This document shows, piece after piece, positions 10,041-19,457 of a stretch of 58,549 nucleotides of DNA. The stretch's first letter is position 1; every line of letters begins with the position of its first letter. The translations under genes were made by a program, and so were the position numbers. The stretch is taken from positions 1 to 58,549 of the forward strand of contig JAUSEE010000031.1 of NCBI GenBank assembly GCA_030650095.1, read 5' to 3'. The notes under the pieces were generated by a model, which saw nothing but the letters and a program-made list of their open reading frames with translations, did no database searches and was not told where the DNA came from. The stretch is from Candidatus Buchananbacteria bacterium. GTDB taxonomy: Bacteria; Patescibacteriota; Patescibacteriia; 2-01-FULL-39-33.

Positions 10041-10135
10041 ATATTATTTTATTATTACAATATATTTAAAAATTTTCTTTTACCCAAAATGCGGTTCGAC
10101 CCGATATTTTTTCTGGCTCTTTGGCAGTCTTGGAT

Positions 10136-10323
10136 GTTCAGGATTCGGGCTTAATTTTTTTGGGGGGGAAATCAGCGCCACCTGTGGCGGCCCGAAAATG
10201 CGTTCGAGCTATGTCCATTATCCTCCACCAGTTCGGAAAAGTCAAATTTTGTTGGTCATTTTGGCCGCCTTCGGCGACCAAATCATACGGAATTTTAAAG
10301 TCCAAAAGCAATTAGCGGTTTTG
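10136..10323 (-). repeat. internal attP-like site: repeat A (10136-10228) fused to repeat B (10225-10323) through a shared CCAC/GTGG core
   Basis: 10225-10323 is the reverse complement of 11743-11841 (97/99); 10136-10228 is the reverse complement of 8786-8878. Confidence 0.85.
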
Positions 10324-10380
10324 AATTATGGTAAAAGAAAATTTTTAAATTCTAAATTATTAATCATTAATTAATCCCAA

Positions 10381-11901
10381 ATGAAATACTTTATTTACGC
10401 TCGCAAGAGTACAGAGGAAGAGGATAGACAAATATTATCTATCGAAGCTCAATTAGTTGAATTAAAAGAATTTGCCGCCAAAGAAAAACTGGAAATTGTC
10501 GCTTCCTTTCAGGAAGCCAAGACTGCCAAAGAGCCAGGCCGAATAATATTCGGCGAAATGCTAGCCAGAATCGAAAAGGGCGAAGCTAATGGCATTATTT
10601 CGTGGCACCCAGACAGATTGGCCAGAAATAGCGTTGACGGGGGCAAGATTATACACATGATCGACAAAGGAGTAATAAAAGCCCTCAAATTCCCAACCTT
10701 TTGGTTTGAGCCCACGCCACAAGGATTATTCATGCTTAGCATTGCTTTTGGCCAAAGCAAATACTATATCGATAACTTGCGCGAAAATGTTAAACGAGGT
10801 ATGAGGCAAAAGCTGAGAAATGGCGTCTGGCCTTCGCTTGCCCCGATCGGCTACTTGAATAATCCTAAAACCAGAGGCATTGATGTTGACCCTATTAAAG
10901 GGCCACTTGTTAGGCAGATATTTGAGCTCTATGCCTCTGGGGATTATTCATTAGGCGATTTAGAGAGATTCTGCGAAGAAAACAGTTTGGCAGGCTTTCA
11001 GGGCAAGCGAATCAGGACGAGCTACTTCTTCACGCTTTTGCAAAACATTTTCTATATTGGGCTCATGAAATTCGGAGGGGAAGTATTTGAGGGCACTCAC
11101 GAGCCGTTAATTTCTAAGAAACTTTTTGAAGATGTAAAAAATGTCATGAGGCAAAGAGGCAAGAAACGAGGCAAGATAAAAAAACATGATTTTCCATATA
11201 TTGGACTGCTAAAATGCTCGTGCGGGTGCGGTATCACGGCCGAGATGCAAAAGGGCCACCATTATTATCGCTGCACCAAGAAAAAACAAAATTGCCTCGA
11301 AAAACATTTTTTACGGGAAGAAGAACTGGAAAATCAAATCAAAACTTACTTTCAAAAAGTTTCAATTACAACCCAAGAAACCGAGAAAATATTGTTTGAG
11401 CTGGACAAAGAGGAAACGCAAGCAAAGGAAGAAGTAATCATTATTGTTCAAAATCTGAAAAGTGAGTTAGAAAATATAAACATAAACCTTGAGAAATTAC
11501 TCGACGTTTATTTAAGCGAGGCAATCACAACCGAGGAATACACCACCAGAAAACAAAAAATCCTAACTCGAAAGTTAGAACTTAATGAGAGAGTCCAAGA
11601 TTTTGAACAAAATGGTGTTTCTTGGGTCGAACCGGCTCGTGAGTTTATTTTATCGCTCAATCAAGCCAATATCCTAACACAGAGCACGGAGAAAAAAGAT
11701 CTGGCTGCATTTCTAAAAAATATCGGGTCGAACCGCATTTTACAAAACCGCCAATTGCTTTTGGACTTTAAAATTCCGTATGATTTGGTCGCCGAAGGCG
11801 GCCAAAATAACCAACAAAATTTGACTTTTCCGAACTGGTGGGCCGGGAGGGATTTCCGCCATAAATCGCCAACAGAAACTTGGCGATTTATTTTGTCCTA
11901 G
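10381..11901 (+). CDS. large serine recombinase (resolvase + recombinase + Zn-ribbon + coiled coil)
   Basis: YARKST catalytic Ser, DRLARN, PIGY, GTHEPLIS, LKCSCGC...YYRC; last ~19 codons come from tRNA-like/flanking DNA. Confidence 0.95.
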   Translation: MKYFIYARKSTEEEDRQILSIEAQLVELKEFAAKEKLEIVASFQEAKTAKEPGRIIFGEMLARIEKGEANGIISWHPDRLARNSVDGGKIIHMIDKGVIKALKFPTFWFEPTPQGLFMLSIAFGQSKYYIDNLRENVKRGMRQKLRNGVWPSLAPIGYLNNPKTRGIDVDPIKGPLVRQIFELYASGDYSLGDLERFCEENSLAGFQGKRIRTSYFFTLLQNIFYIGLMKFGGEVFEGTHEPLISKKLFEDVKNVMRQRGKKRGKIKKHDFPYIGLLKCSCGCGITAEMQKGHHYYRCTKKKQNCLEKHFLREEELENQIKTYFQKVSITTQETEKILFELDKEETQAKEEVIIIVQNLKSELENININLEKLLDVYLSEAITTEEYTTRKQKILTRKLELNERVQDFEQNGVSWVEPAREFILSLNQANILTQSTEKKDLAAFLKNIGSNRILQNRQLLLDFKIPYDLVAEGGQNNQQNLTFPNWWAGRDFRHKSPTETWRFILS

Positions 11902-12065
11902 GTTGGCGCCCAATGCTCGCACTTGCTCGCATTGTCCGATCATTCGTTTCGTCGTTTTCGCTTCCGCTAAAACTCCTCACTCACTGCCAACCTGTTCGAA
12001 TATCTCCAAACAAATCAAAAAACAGGACTATGTCCTATTTTTTGATTTGTGGGCCGGGAGGGATT
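11838..12065. mobile_element. 211-bp non-coding structured mini-element between 17-bp direct repeats of the tRNA-Tyr 3' end
   Basis: GTGGGCCGGGAGGGATT at 11838-11854 and 12049-12065; several internal hairpins. Confidence 0.7.
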
Positions 12066-12131
12066 CGAACCCCCGAAGGCGTAGCCAAGAGATTTACAGT
12101 CTCCCCCATTTGACCGCTTTGGTACCGACCC
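12050..12131 (-). tRNA. tRNA-Tyr(GUA)
   Basis: GGGTCGG...CCGGCCC-A, anticodon loop CTGTAAA, long variable arm. Confidence 0.95.
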
Positions 12132-12155
12132 TTAATAACTATTAACAATTAACAC

Positions 12156-12518
12156 TTAACTATTGACATTATTCAACTTTTTTATAAAACCACCTAATTG
12201 TTTAGCCACTAATTCTGATGATTTAAACAATTCAACATATAATATTTTATCCAAATAACCGATATTGTATATTAAATTCAAGCAAGCAACTAATTCATTA
12301 ACCGATCCTAAAGAGATTTGTAAATACCTGGCAAAATCTTTATCCGATTTTTTAGCTGAACCTTCTGCAATATTTAGAATAATAGATAGAGCTGATCTAG
12401 TAGTTTGATCTTTTAATGAATTGTTATTTTTGATTTTTTCAGATGCTATTAATACTTTTTTATACAAATCTTTAGCATCATTATAAACCTGAAACTGAAA
12501 AAATCTAAATGTGTCCAT
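12156..12518 (-). CDS. four-helix-bundle protein (23S rRNA IVP/bAvd-like family)
   Basis: LKDQTTRSALSIILNIAEGS...FARYLQISLGSVNEL family signature. Confidence 0.9.
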   Translation of the reverse strand: MDTFRFFQFQVYNDAKDLYKKVLIASEKIKNNNSLKDQTTRSALSIILNIAEGSAKKSDKDFARYLQISLGSVNELVACLNLIYNIGYLDKILYVELFKSSELVAKQLGGFIKKLNNVNS

Positions 12519-12562
12519 TCTGCTTGTTAATTGTTAAAAGTAAATTGTCAAATGTTAACTTG

Positions 12563-12619
12563 AGCCGTTGTCCAGGATTGAACTGGAGACCTTCCCGATT
12601 ACTATCGGGACGCTCTACC
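12563..12619 (-). pseudogene. degenerate tRNA-Thr fragment with the anticodon arm replaced by a TCCCGAT-N4-ATCGGGA hairpin
   Basis: GGTAGAGCG + hairpin + AGGTCTCCAGTTCAATCCTGGACAACGGCT; 5' acceptor strand absent. Confidence 0.75.
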
Positions 12620-12648
12620 TGTTTATTACAGATACATACAACTGCCTA

Positions 12649-12690
12649 AGCCGTTGTCCAGGATTGAACTGGAGACCTCATCCTTACCAT
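12649..12690 (-). pseudogene. 3' half of intronless tRNA-Thr(GGU) = left att junction
   Basis: ATGGTAAGGATGAGGTCTCCAGTTCAATCCTGGACAACGGCT; identity to tRNA begins exactly at the anticodon loop. Confidence 0.9.
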
Positions 12691-13183
12691 CAATTTAGTA
12701 TAGGATATTTACCCTGACAACAGCTAAATTTAAATAATAAATAGAAGGTTTATGACAATTTTATCGATCACCTGGATGACCTACTCCTTGCAGCTCAAAG
12801 AATACTTTTTCGAAATCTATTATTAATTAAGTAATGTAACTTTATCAAAAATTGTCTAAAAAATCAAGCATAGATATTATCTTTCAAAGTATGGGTATTC
12901 CTAAAAAAATATCTATTTTTTTGACCAAAGTATACTTATATGATTTTTATCGAACATAGCCAGTAGGAGGTAGCTTAAAATCGTTAGCTGACTAAGATGA
13001 CCTGTTAGTGGTTATCTAATAAAATTTCCTATCATAATATCCTTTCCTCTCTAAATAACTCAAAACATCATTGCTTCTGTTAATATCAATGACTCTCAAA
13101 TCACGCATATTATATTTGGAAAAAATAATTAATAAATAATTAACAATTGGTCTGCTTGTTAAGAGCATTATTTTAGAACTATA

Positions 13184-13852
13184 AGTGCCACCAGGTGGCA
13201 CTAGTGGCACTTTATTGCCAGAGAAATATGGTGATCCTGACTAGTAACCACACACAGAAAGGTTAGAGTTAAAACCTAATAATCCCCTTAACTTATCTTT
13301 GGTTAAATAATATTCTTTTAAAATATCAAAATTTAAATTATATAAAAAGTAAATACAATTAAATCGTTCATCTTCCCATAGTTTTTAAGATTTTTATCTG
13401 ACATATTATTGTTTATTTAAAACACCGATATAATCATTACCCCAATCATCAAAAACAGTAGACGCTGAAATCCCAGAAATGATATGTCAATAAAAATAGT
13501 TGCGCATTGGCGATAACTTTTTCAAGTCACCCTACACAATTTCAAACATAAACCGTGCCACCCAAATAATAATAGTTTGGGTTGTTATAATTATTTCTTC
13601 TTTATATCAAAAATCGGCGAAAAATGCCAGTAGGCTAACCAATCAGCGAACCGCACCTTAATGAATAGAAAAGCCCTTTTTATTGGGGAAATCTATTTCA
13701 GGAAACAAAAACAGGCACTAAAATACCTGTCTTGTCCAGTCAGCTCCGCGCTATAAACGTCTATATTTAGGTGTTTTTAATTTTATATCTTTGCCACCTG
13801 GTGGCAAACATAATAACTTTTCTAACTATAGGGTGTTCACCTGGTGAATACC
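13184..13852. promoter_or_regulatory. cluster of CACC-W-GGTG palindromes (putative protein-binding sites)
   Basis: AGTGCCACC-A-GGTGGCACT 13184-13202, TTTGCCACC-T-GGTGGCAAA 13790-13808, GGTGTTCACC-T-GGTGAATACC 13832-13852; a fourth copy at 27183-27205. Confidence 0.5.
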
Positions 13853-14043
13853 TTGATAATATTTTTTCTAAACTTTTAGCCGTATCCCATGCAGTCATAG
13901 TGTTGTGATGAATATTTTCAATCACTTGTCGCATAAATCTATAACGGACTTAAAGAAGCAAAATAACTTAGAATGACGATTAATTAACCAGGACTGACAA
14001 AACCGTAATTAAATGATATGATTTTGATAATAACCCATTAATT

Positions 14044-15189
14044 ATGCCTTATCTTTCAACTGAAAGCCTGTGTCTGGCAAAAATGCTCTTGATTAAGGGT
14101 GATTATTTAAGTAACTCACCAGTTACAATCGACTTAATTGAAAAAACTACTGGCATAAAAGCTCCATATATCGCCAAAGCATTAGGTCATTTATTGAAAC
14201 TACGGATTATTACTATCCAGAATCTTCAATTAGATAAAAGATGTGTTGCCACAACAACCCTAGTCACCTGTAAAAAAACTGGCAACATTATAGAGCTGGT
14301 TAACAAAAAATTGCCGAAGGTAATTAAAGCAGTTAATGATTATCTGGAGTACGTCGAAACTTGCTACGATCCTTATAGTGGTGAACACTTAAAAGATAAA
14401 CCGACTGAAGCAACATCTTTTCTTCTAAATTTTAATAAAAACAAATTGAGTGAATTTATAGACAGCTACCTTGCTGACTATCGCGCAAACATGTTTGCGA
14501 CGAAAAACAAATTATTTTTTAAGGGCAGAAAAGAAGGAGTTCGATCTTTTTTAGTAAATACTGTTAATGCTGAAGTCTCTAAATTAAAAGCAAAAGAAAA
14601 AAAATTATCAAATATCAGTTTAGTCCTAAACTGCAATAGTGATGATCAACTGCCTCATGATATAGTAGAGATATTAATGTTAATGGAGAATGATAATAAT
14701 ATTATCATTACCAGTATTGATATATTTACTCATATTGATGTTGACCCAGAACAAGGTAATGCAACGATCAGTAGGCGCTGTAATAAAGTAGGACTAATCA
14801 TTACTGATTGGATGAATAATAAACTGCTTGAAAAAGATAATAACAATGACCTATCTTTTAGACACAGATTTATAGTCGAAAACGGAATGTCCAAAAGCTA
14901 CTTGCAAATTAATGATTATCAGGAAATACCACACACTAAGAAACCAGCCCTTATTATCAATTATTTTTATAATAAAATTAAGTACGATAAAACTTTTAAG
15001 AACTTTCATGATTTCAATAAATCTTTACCAAAGACTGAGAAAGACATTACCTCAGATGATTTCACTGATCGGATTAATAATATCAATAAAAGGGTGCGCA
15101 AAGTAACCGATGGAGTAATAGACGAGATTATCATTAAGGGCGAAAACGATGCCAGGGAGGCCAATATTTACCGCTGGTTAATTGATTAA
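14044..15189 (+). CDS. hypothetical protein, possibly with winged-helix domains at both termini
   Basis: 381-aa ORF; HTH-like N-terminus (IDLIEKTTGIKAPYIAKALGHL) and OmpR-like C-terminal pattern; weak. Confidence 0.7.
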   Translation: MPYLSTESLCLAKMLLIKGDYLSNSPVTIDLIEKTTGIKAPYIAKALGHLLKLRIITIQNLQLDKRCVATTTLVTCKKTGNIIELVNKKLPKVIKAVNDYLEYVETCYDPYSGEHLKDKPTEATSFLLNFNKNKLSEFIDSYLADYRANMFATKNKLFFKGRKEGVRSFLVNTVNAEVSKLKAKEKKLSNISLVLNCNSDDQLPHDIVEILMLMENDNNIIITSIDIFTHIDVDPEQGNATISRRCNKVGLIITDWMNNKLLEKDNNNDLSFRHRFIVENGMSKSYLQINDYQEIPHTKKPALIINYFYNKIKYDKTFKNFHDFNKSLPKTEKDITSDDFTDRINNINKRVRKVTDGVIDEIIIKGENDAREANIYRWLID

Positions 15190-15428
15190 ATCCAGTCGGT
15201 ATTTTGGTAGGTGTTAATAACTTAAAATAAAATGGCTGTAATTAGCCATTTTTAATTTTTTTAATTTTTGCAAACACCCACCCAAAAGTCAATAGATTCA
15301 ATATTTTTATAATAGTACAATTAGCTTATCGATTAGCGCTAAATGAACATTGACAACTAAATAACAAAAAGTCAGAACAACAAACAACAGTTTGTCCAAA
15401 TTAAATAATTAACTTAACAATTAAATTT

Positions 15429-15836
15429 ATGAAAAACACAACTTTCAACAACCAGTCAGTAAAATTATTCAACATATTATTTGCCTTTAACGATGCTGTT
15501 AAGCATGGGGCGATAATTGATGCCGATTTGATAAACAGAATAAATAAAGTCAGTAAAAAAATAGCAAAAGCCGCTAGTGAAGCTATGAATATCGGCATAA
15601 AGAAAAATCTGACATATGATACGCCAAGAAGAAAAGTATTTCCTAAACAATATGCCGATCAAAAGACTAGGCTAATATTGGATATCGGCTCAGCGTTTAC
15701 AGATGCTATCTATGTTAAAGCTTTAACTGACAAAAAAGTAATAAAAGAAATGAGTGAGATCAATGATAAGTTATTAGACTATCTCAGAAAATCCCCTGCA
15801 AAAACAAAGGCCAGTAACAAATCAAAGAAACAATAA
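15429..15836 (+). CDS. hypothetical protein
   Basis: 135-aa ORF with two similar helical halves; AT-rich leader. Confidence 0.7.
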   Translation: MKNTTFNNQSVKLFNILFAFNDAVKHGAIIDADLINRINKVSKKIAKAASEAMNIGIKKNLTYDTPRRKVFPKQYADQKTRLILDIGSAFTDAIYVKALTDKKVIKEMSEINDKLLDYLRKSPAKTKASNKSKKQ

Positions 15837-15842
15837 TCAAAT

Positions 15843-16019
15843 ATGAACAATAACAGAAAAAAGAAAATCATCGGCTGGATTGATATGTCTGGCAATAATC
15901 GTTGCCTAGCATGCGACGATGGTGACGGTAATGAAACAATCACTGTTGCTGATCTTGAAAAAGCAGAATGCCAGATAAAGTGCGACATCTGTGGTCACTT
16001 GATCAAAGAAGACTACTAA
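15843..16019 (+). CDS. small Zn-finger-like protein (58 aa); not in the ORF track
   Basis: Manual translation MNNNRKKKIIGW...RCLACD...KCDICGHLIKEDY*; followed by a terminator. Confidence 0.65.
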   Translation: MNNNRKKKIIGWIDMSGNNRCLACDDGDGNETITVADLEKAECQIKCDICGHLIKEDY

Positions 16020-16028
16020 TTAATTACA

Positions 16029-16066
16029 AAACCCCTCGGGGGCATTAATTTTCCTCGAGGGGTTTA
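16029..16066. terminator. probable bidirectional terminator
   Basis: AAACCCCTCGGGGG...TCCTCGAGGGGTTT between convergent genes. Confidence 0.65.
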
Positions 16067-16275
16067 TTAGTAGCTTCAGTATTATTCGCCTGATAAATAA
16101 TTCTCATTAATTGAATAAGTTTGAGACCCTGGATCAAAGCATCCTCTCTGCATCCTCTCTGCTAATTTCCTTATAAGGTGGCTTAAAATCGTTAGATGGC
16201 TAAGATGACCTCTTGATAATTTAAATATCTTTAAGTGGTTGTGAACACGTTTAAATAACTCAGGATTTATCTCCA

Positions 16276-16689
16276 TTATTTATCTAATGCTTTCAGAACA
16301 GCAATATAATCGCATTTACACCATACATTACTACATGATTGAATTGGTAGTGGTTGTTTTTCCAGTATTTCTTTTAAATTATATATCCCATGAGCTTGGG
16401 CGCATTCTTCGCAGCAACCAGGATTATTTATAATCTCCACATTATCAACTACCTCGCTATCAATATATGATTTTAATATTTCTGATAATGCTATTTTATG
16501 GAATTTAATATAATTGCTAAATATAAGTGATGCATCAATATTTCTCTCCCTTTTAAACTTAACCATTTCGGCATAAATATATGCTATCTGAAAATTGTCA
16601 TTATTTTTCATTGCTTTTTCTAATTTTTCATGAAGAGACTTCCATTTATAATCATCTTTACTCCAGTTCTTATTGTTTAACTTAGACAT
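16276..16689 (-). CDS. hypothetical protein with Cys-rich C-terminus (MuF/phage minor-head-like motif)
   Basis: CCEECAQAHG...PLPIQSC..VWCKC resembles the CxxC...PxHxxCRC motif. Confidence 0.6.
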   Translation of the reverse strand: MSKLNNKNWSKDDYKWKSLHEKLEKAMKNNDNFQIAYIYAEMVKFKRERNIDASLIFSNYIKFHKIALSEILKSYIDSEVVDNVEIINNPGCCEECAQAHGIYNLKEILEKQPLPIQSCSNVWCKCDYIAVLKALDK

Positions 16690-16830
16690 ACATATTAAAT
16701 TAATTTTTTCTACTCATAATCTCATTATGGTTATAGTGATCAAATCTAGTGTCTGATTCAAATAATATGGCCAGGGCCATTAATATCTTTTTATCAATGT
16801 TAATAATATTTTATCCCACTTCCCTATTAT

Positions 16831-17397
16831 TTATTTCAGTAAATCAATATCAATTATATCAATTAGGGGGATACAAAATTTTCTGCTAGATTCTTCGTAG
16901 CCGTAATATCCACAATCTAAACCTCTAAATTTTCCTATTACTAAATAAATATCTCTTTCAGAATCAATTTGATCACTAGTCAATCCATCATATCTTTTAA
17001 GTATATAGCTAACCCACTTACCTTTGTGCTGATAAGCGGTTATGTCTAATAAGTCCTCTGGTGATGCCCAAAAAAACTCGTAGTCTTTTCTTTCTCCTTT
17101 GATAAACTCATCATCATAAGGCCAAAATTTTATTCCATCAATTTGGCTTTGATTGCTAATTTTTCCCTCCCATTTAATAATTTTTTCAATACTAGTTGAG
17201 GTTGCTATATTATTTGGGTTGCTTAAATCATTAAAAGTTAAATCTGTAATTAATTTTTCATCGACTATTGGTTCTGAATAAACAACATTTGGCTCATCTT
17301 CTGTTGCTGTAATATTTAATTTATTATTCGTCTGTAAATTACTACTACAGCCAGATAAAACAAAGATAAAAATTAATAGTGGTAATATTTTTATCAT
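16831..17397 (-). CDS. putative lipoprotein
   Basis: Signal peptide with lipobox LSGC. Confidence 0.75.
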   Translation of the reverse strand: MIKILPLLIFIFVLSGCSSNLQTNNKLNITATEDEPNVVYSEPIVDEKLITDLTFNDLSNPNNIATSTSIEKIIKWEGKISNQSQIDGIKFWPYDDEFIKGERKDYEFFWASPEDLLDITAYQHKGKWVSYILKRYDGLTSDQIDSERDIYLVIGKFRGLDCGYYGYEESSRKFCIPLIDIIDIDLLK

Positions 17398-17449
17398 ATT
17401 ATTTTTTTTAAATAATCCATAAGAAACCCGCTAGCGAATACATTATCTT

Positions 17450-18649
17450 TTATTCTTTAGTTGTATCAGCATTGGGGAGCTCTTCAAATTTAACTGACAT
17501 TGTAGGATTCCCTCGGGTTAGCTTTTTAATTGTCAAATCTTCTATTTTATTATTGGCTATACGAAGATTATTTTCTGACGACAGGAGAGCATCTTTGGTT
17601 TTTTGGAGATGATCTATGGTTTTATCTATTTCTTCGATGGCGGTTTTAAATTTACGACTGGCTAGATCATAATTTTTTGCAAATCCTTCTTTAAATTTAT
17701 TTACATTATCTTCAAAGTTTGTAATATCAATATTCTGATTCCTTACTAAAGCAAGCTCAGCCTTGTATTTAAGCGAATTCATAGCTGCATTACGTAGCAA
17801 GGTTATTATAGGAATGAAAAATTGTGGACGAACTACATACATTTTTTGATATTTATAAGAAACATCAATAATACCAATATTATATAGCTCATTTTCGGCT
17901 TCCAGAAGCGTCACAAGCACGGCGTACTCACACTTCTTCTCTATGCGATCTTTATCAAGCTCACGCAAAAAGTCTTCATTTTTATGCTTTGTGGCGGTCT
18001 CATCGCCTTCATTTTTCATTTCGAACATAATGGAAATGATTTCATTGCCAGAATCATCTGTTTCGCGATAGATATAGTCACCCTTACTGCCTGACTTGGA
18101 ATTATTGTCCTTTTCAAAATATGCTCGCTGGAAACCAGTAGCACGGAGTTTATTAAATTCAGTCTCACAATGTTGCTCCAAAGTTTCGCCAACCATTTTT
18201 GTACTGAGTTTTAATTTCATGTCCTTATAGCGTTCGATCATCTCGTCCTTTGACTTCAATTCGTTTTCATATTTATTCCTCAATGAAGTTTCAAGAAGGT
18301 GTTTTTCGTGTTCTTTACTTTGAAGTTTGGCAGTGAGACCATCACGCTCTTTCTCGATTTTATTGACCGCCTCAGTGACAGCAAGTTTTTTCTGAAGTTC
18401 TGCGTTATTGATTTTTGATTTTATTTCAGCTAATTCGGATTCCTTGTATGCAAGATCTTTTTGTAATATATTGGTAATATTTGCTTCAGCAAGTTTAATT
18501 GCATTTTCTTTTTCATTTTCTGCAATGTTTAATCGCTCTCGTAATTCTTCCTCAAATTGATGATCTCGAACTTGCTTAAGAATATCAGCAAAACCAGCCT
18601 CATCGACTTTGAAAACTTTTTTACAATTTGGACATATAATTTCTTTCAT
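17450..18649 (-). CDS. DUF2130-family coiled-coil protein
   Basis: CPNC N-terminus, [45 protein letters not shown] motifs. Confidence 0.85.
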   Translation of the reverse strand: MKEIICPNCKKVFKVDEAGFADILKQVRDHQFEEELRERLNIAENEKENAIKLAEANITNILQKDLAYKESELAEIKSKINNAELQKKLAVTEAVNKIEKERDGLTAKLQSKEHEKHLLETSLRNKYENELKSKDEMIERYKDMKLKLSTKMVGETLEQHCETEFNKLRATGFQRAYFEKDNNSKSGSKGDYIYRETDDSGNEIISIMFEMKNEGDETATKHKNEDFLRELDKDRIEKKCEYAVLVTLLEAENELYNIGIIDVSYKYQKMYVVRPQFFIPIITLLRNAAMNSLKYKAELALVRNQNIDITNFEDNVNKFKEGFAKNYDLASRKFKTAIEEIDKTIDHLQKTKDALLSSENNLRIANNKIEDLTIKKLTRGNPTMSVKFEELPNADTTKE

Positions 18650-18719
18650 ATTGGTTTTTTAATCTTATAATGGTTTTGTTTTGAAATAAAAGGTAGTTAA
18701 CTCCGTTTCCATAAATTTT

Positions 18720-19457
18720 TTAAAATCTTCTACGATAACCGCCTCGGCCCTTCCAGTTTGGGGCTTCCATGATCATAGAATTAGCTAAATTTTGTTTAGG
18801 TTTATCAAATGCAAAATCTTCTAACAATTCCGCTCCTTGAATTCTGTCTAGTCTAAATGTTCGTAAATCATGAGCCAAATGACAATTAGCAACTACATAA
18901 GTCTTATTCAAAGAATATGGATCAACTATCCTCCAAATCCCCTTATAACGAATCTTTATTGACCGACTCTTATTTATACCAGCTTCCAAGACTGAATAGT
19001 AATTCACTTTTGTCTCGACTGGTTTTGCATGATCAATAACCACCTCATTATATTTTTTACGTGCAGTATTATATGAAGCTAATTGTCCCTCACTAAATTT
19101 TTGTTTAATACTTTCTAAATAATTAACTTTCTCTTGTGCCCTACTTGTTCCTCTGGAATATTTTAATGGATCACCAGTAAAAGAAAGTAATTTATTTATA
19201 TCACTCTTTGACGCCTCAAGCTCACGCCTCGTGCGACGCCCACCGCTAACCGAAATATACTCTGAAGAATAAGATTTTGTTTTACATACAGAACAAAATC
19301 TGCCAAAGCCAGTAATTAGCGCCTTATCTTTAAAATCTGATAACAATTTTATTTCTCCACAACGAGGACAAATCTTGGAATTACCGCTACGTAAATCATG
19401 AATAGTATCCTGTATATTATTGACTATTTCATGATTTATAATTTTTTTTTTACTATT
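18720..19457 (-). CDS. Zn-ribbon + WYL-domain reading frame (probably translated as a -1 frameshift extension of the helicase)
   Basis: Frame is open from 19457 with no ATG before the track start (TTG 19346); CPRC...CSVC; WYL motif RIVDPYSL...YVVANC..RTFRLDRI. Confidence 0.8.
   Translation of the reverse strand, partial: NSKKKIINHEIVNNIQDTIHDLRSGNSKICPRCGEIKLLSDFKDKALITGFGRFCSVCKTKSYSSEYISVSGGRRTRRELEASKSDINKLLSFTGDPLKYSRGTSRAQEKVNYLESIKQKFSEGQLASYNTARKKYNEVVIDHAKPVETKVNYYSVLEAGINKSRSIKIRYKGIWRIVDPYSLNKTYVVANCHLAHDLRTFRLDRIQGAELLEDFAFDKPKQNLANSMIMEAPNWKGRGGYRRRF
19392..19451 (-). promoter_or_regulatory. putative programmed -1 ribosomal frameshift signal
   Basis: A_AAA_AAA heptamer in an A10 run (19442-19451), 6-nt spacer, 15-bp stem (19423-19438 with 19392-19406). 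Confidence 0.7.

Larger units (their letters stand above)
8786..11841. mobile_element. ~3.05-kb serine-recombinase integrative element at a copy of the tRNA-Tyr 3' end (GTGG core)
   Basis: Both ends carry a GTGG junction; right end joins the recombinase 3' end to tRNA-Tyr acceptor-stem sequence; both end arms recur fused and inverted at 10136-10323. Confidence 0.7.

Noticed and set aside
9886-11943. ORFs 9886-10374 (+) and 11740-11943 (-) share the peptide PPVRKSQILLVILAAFGDQIIRNFKVQKQLAVL
   Set aside because: By-product of the 99-bp inverted repeat read antisense to the recombinase; both overlap better-supported genes.
12156-12518. Diversity-generating retroelement suggested by the Avd-like four-helix-bundle gene
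   Set aside because: No reverse transcriptase and no TR/VR pair with adenine-specific mismatches in the window.
12563-12619. Functional tRNA-Thr(AGU)
   Set aside because: The 5' acceptor strand and half of the D-arm are missing, and the anticodon arm geometry is non-canonical.
13184-13202. Resemblance of CCACCAGGTGGC to the eukaryotic CTCF motif
   Set aside because: Coincidental; the context is bacterial and the site is a symmetric palindrome.
13016-13210. 64-aa ORF in the element's left end
   Set aside because: Starts with GTG inside a palindrome, has no SD or recognisable motif; at most a gene remnant.
16082-16276. 64-aa ORF overlapping the stop of 16276-16689
   Set aside because: Could be real (stop-start overlap), but it has no motif or other support, so it was not called.
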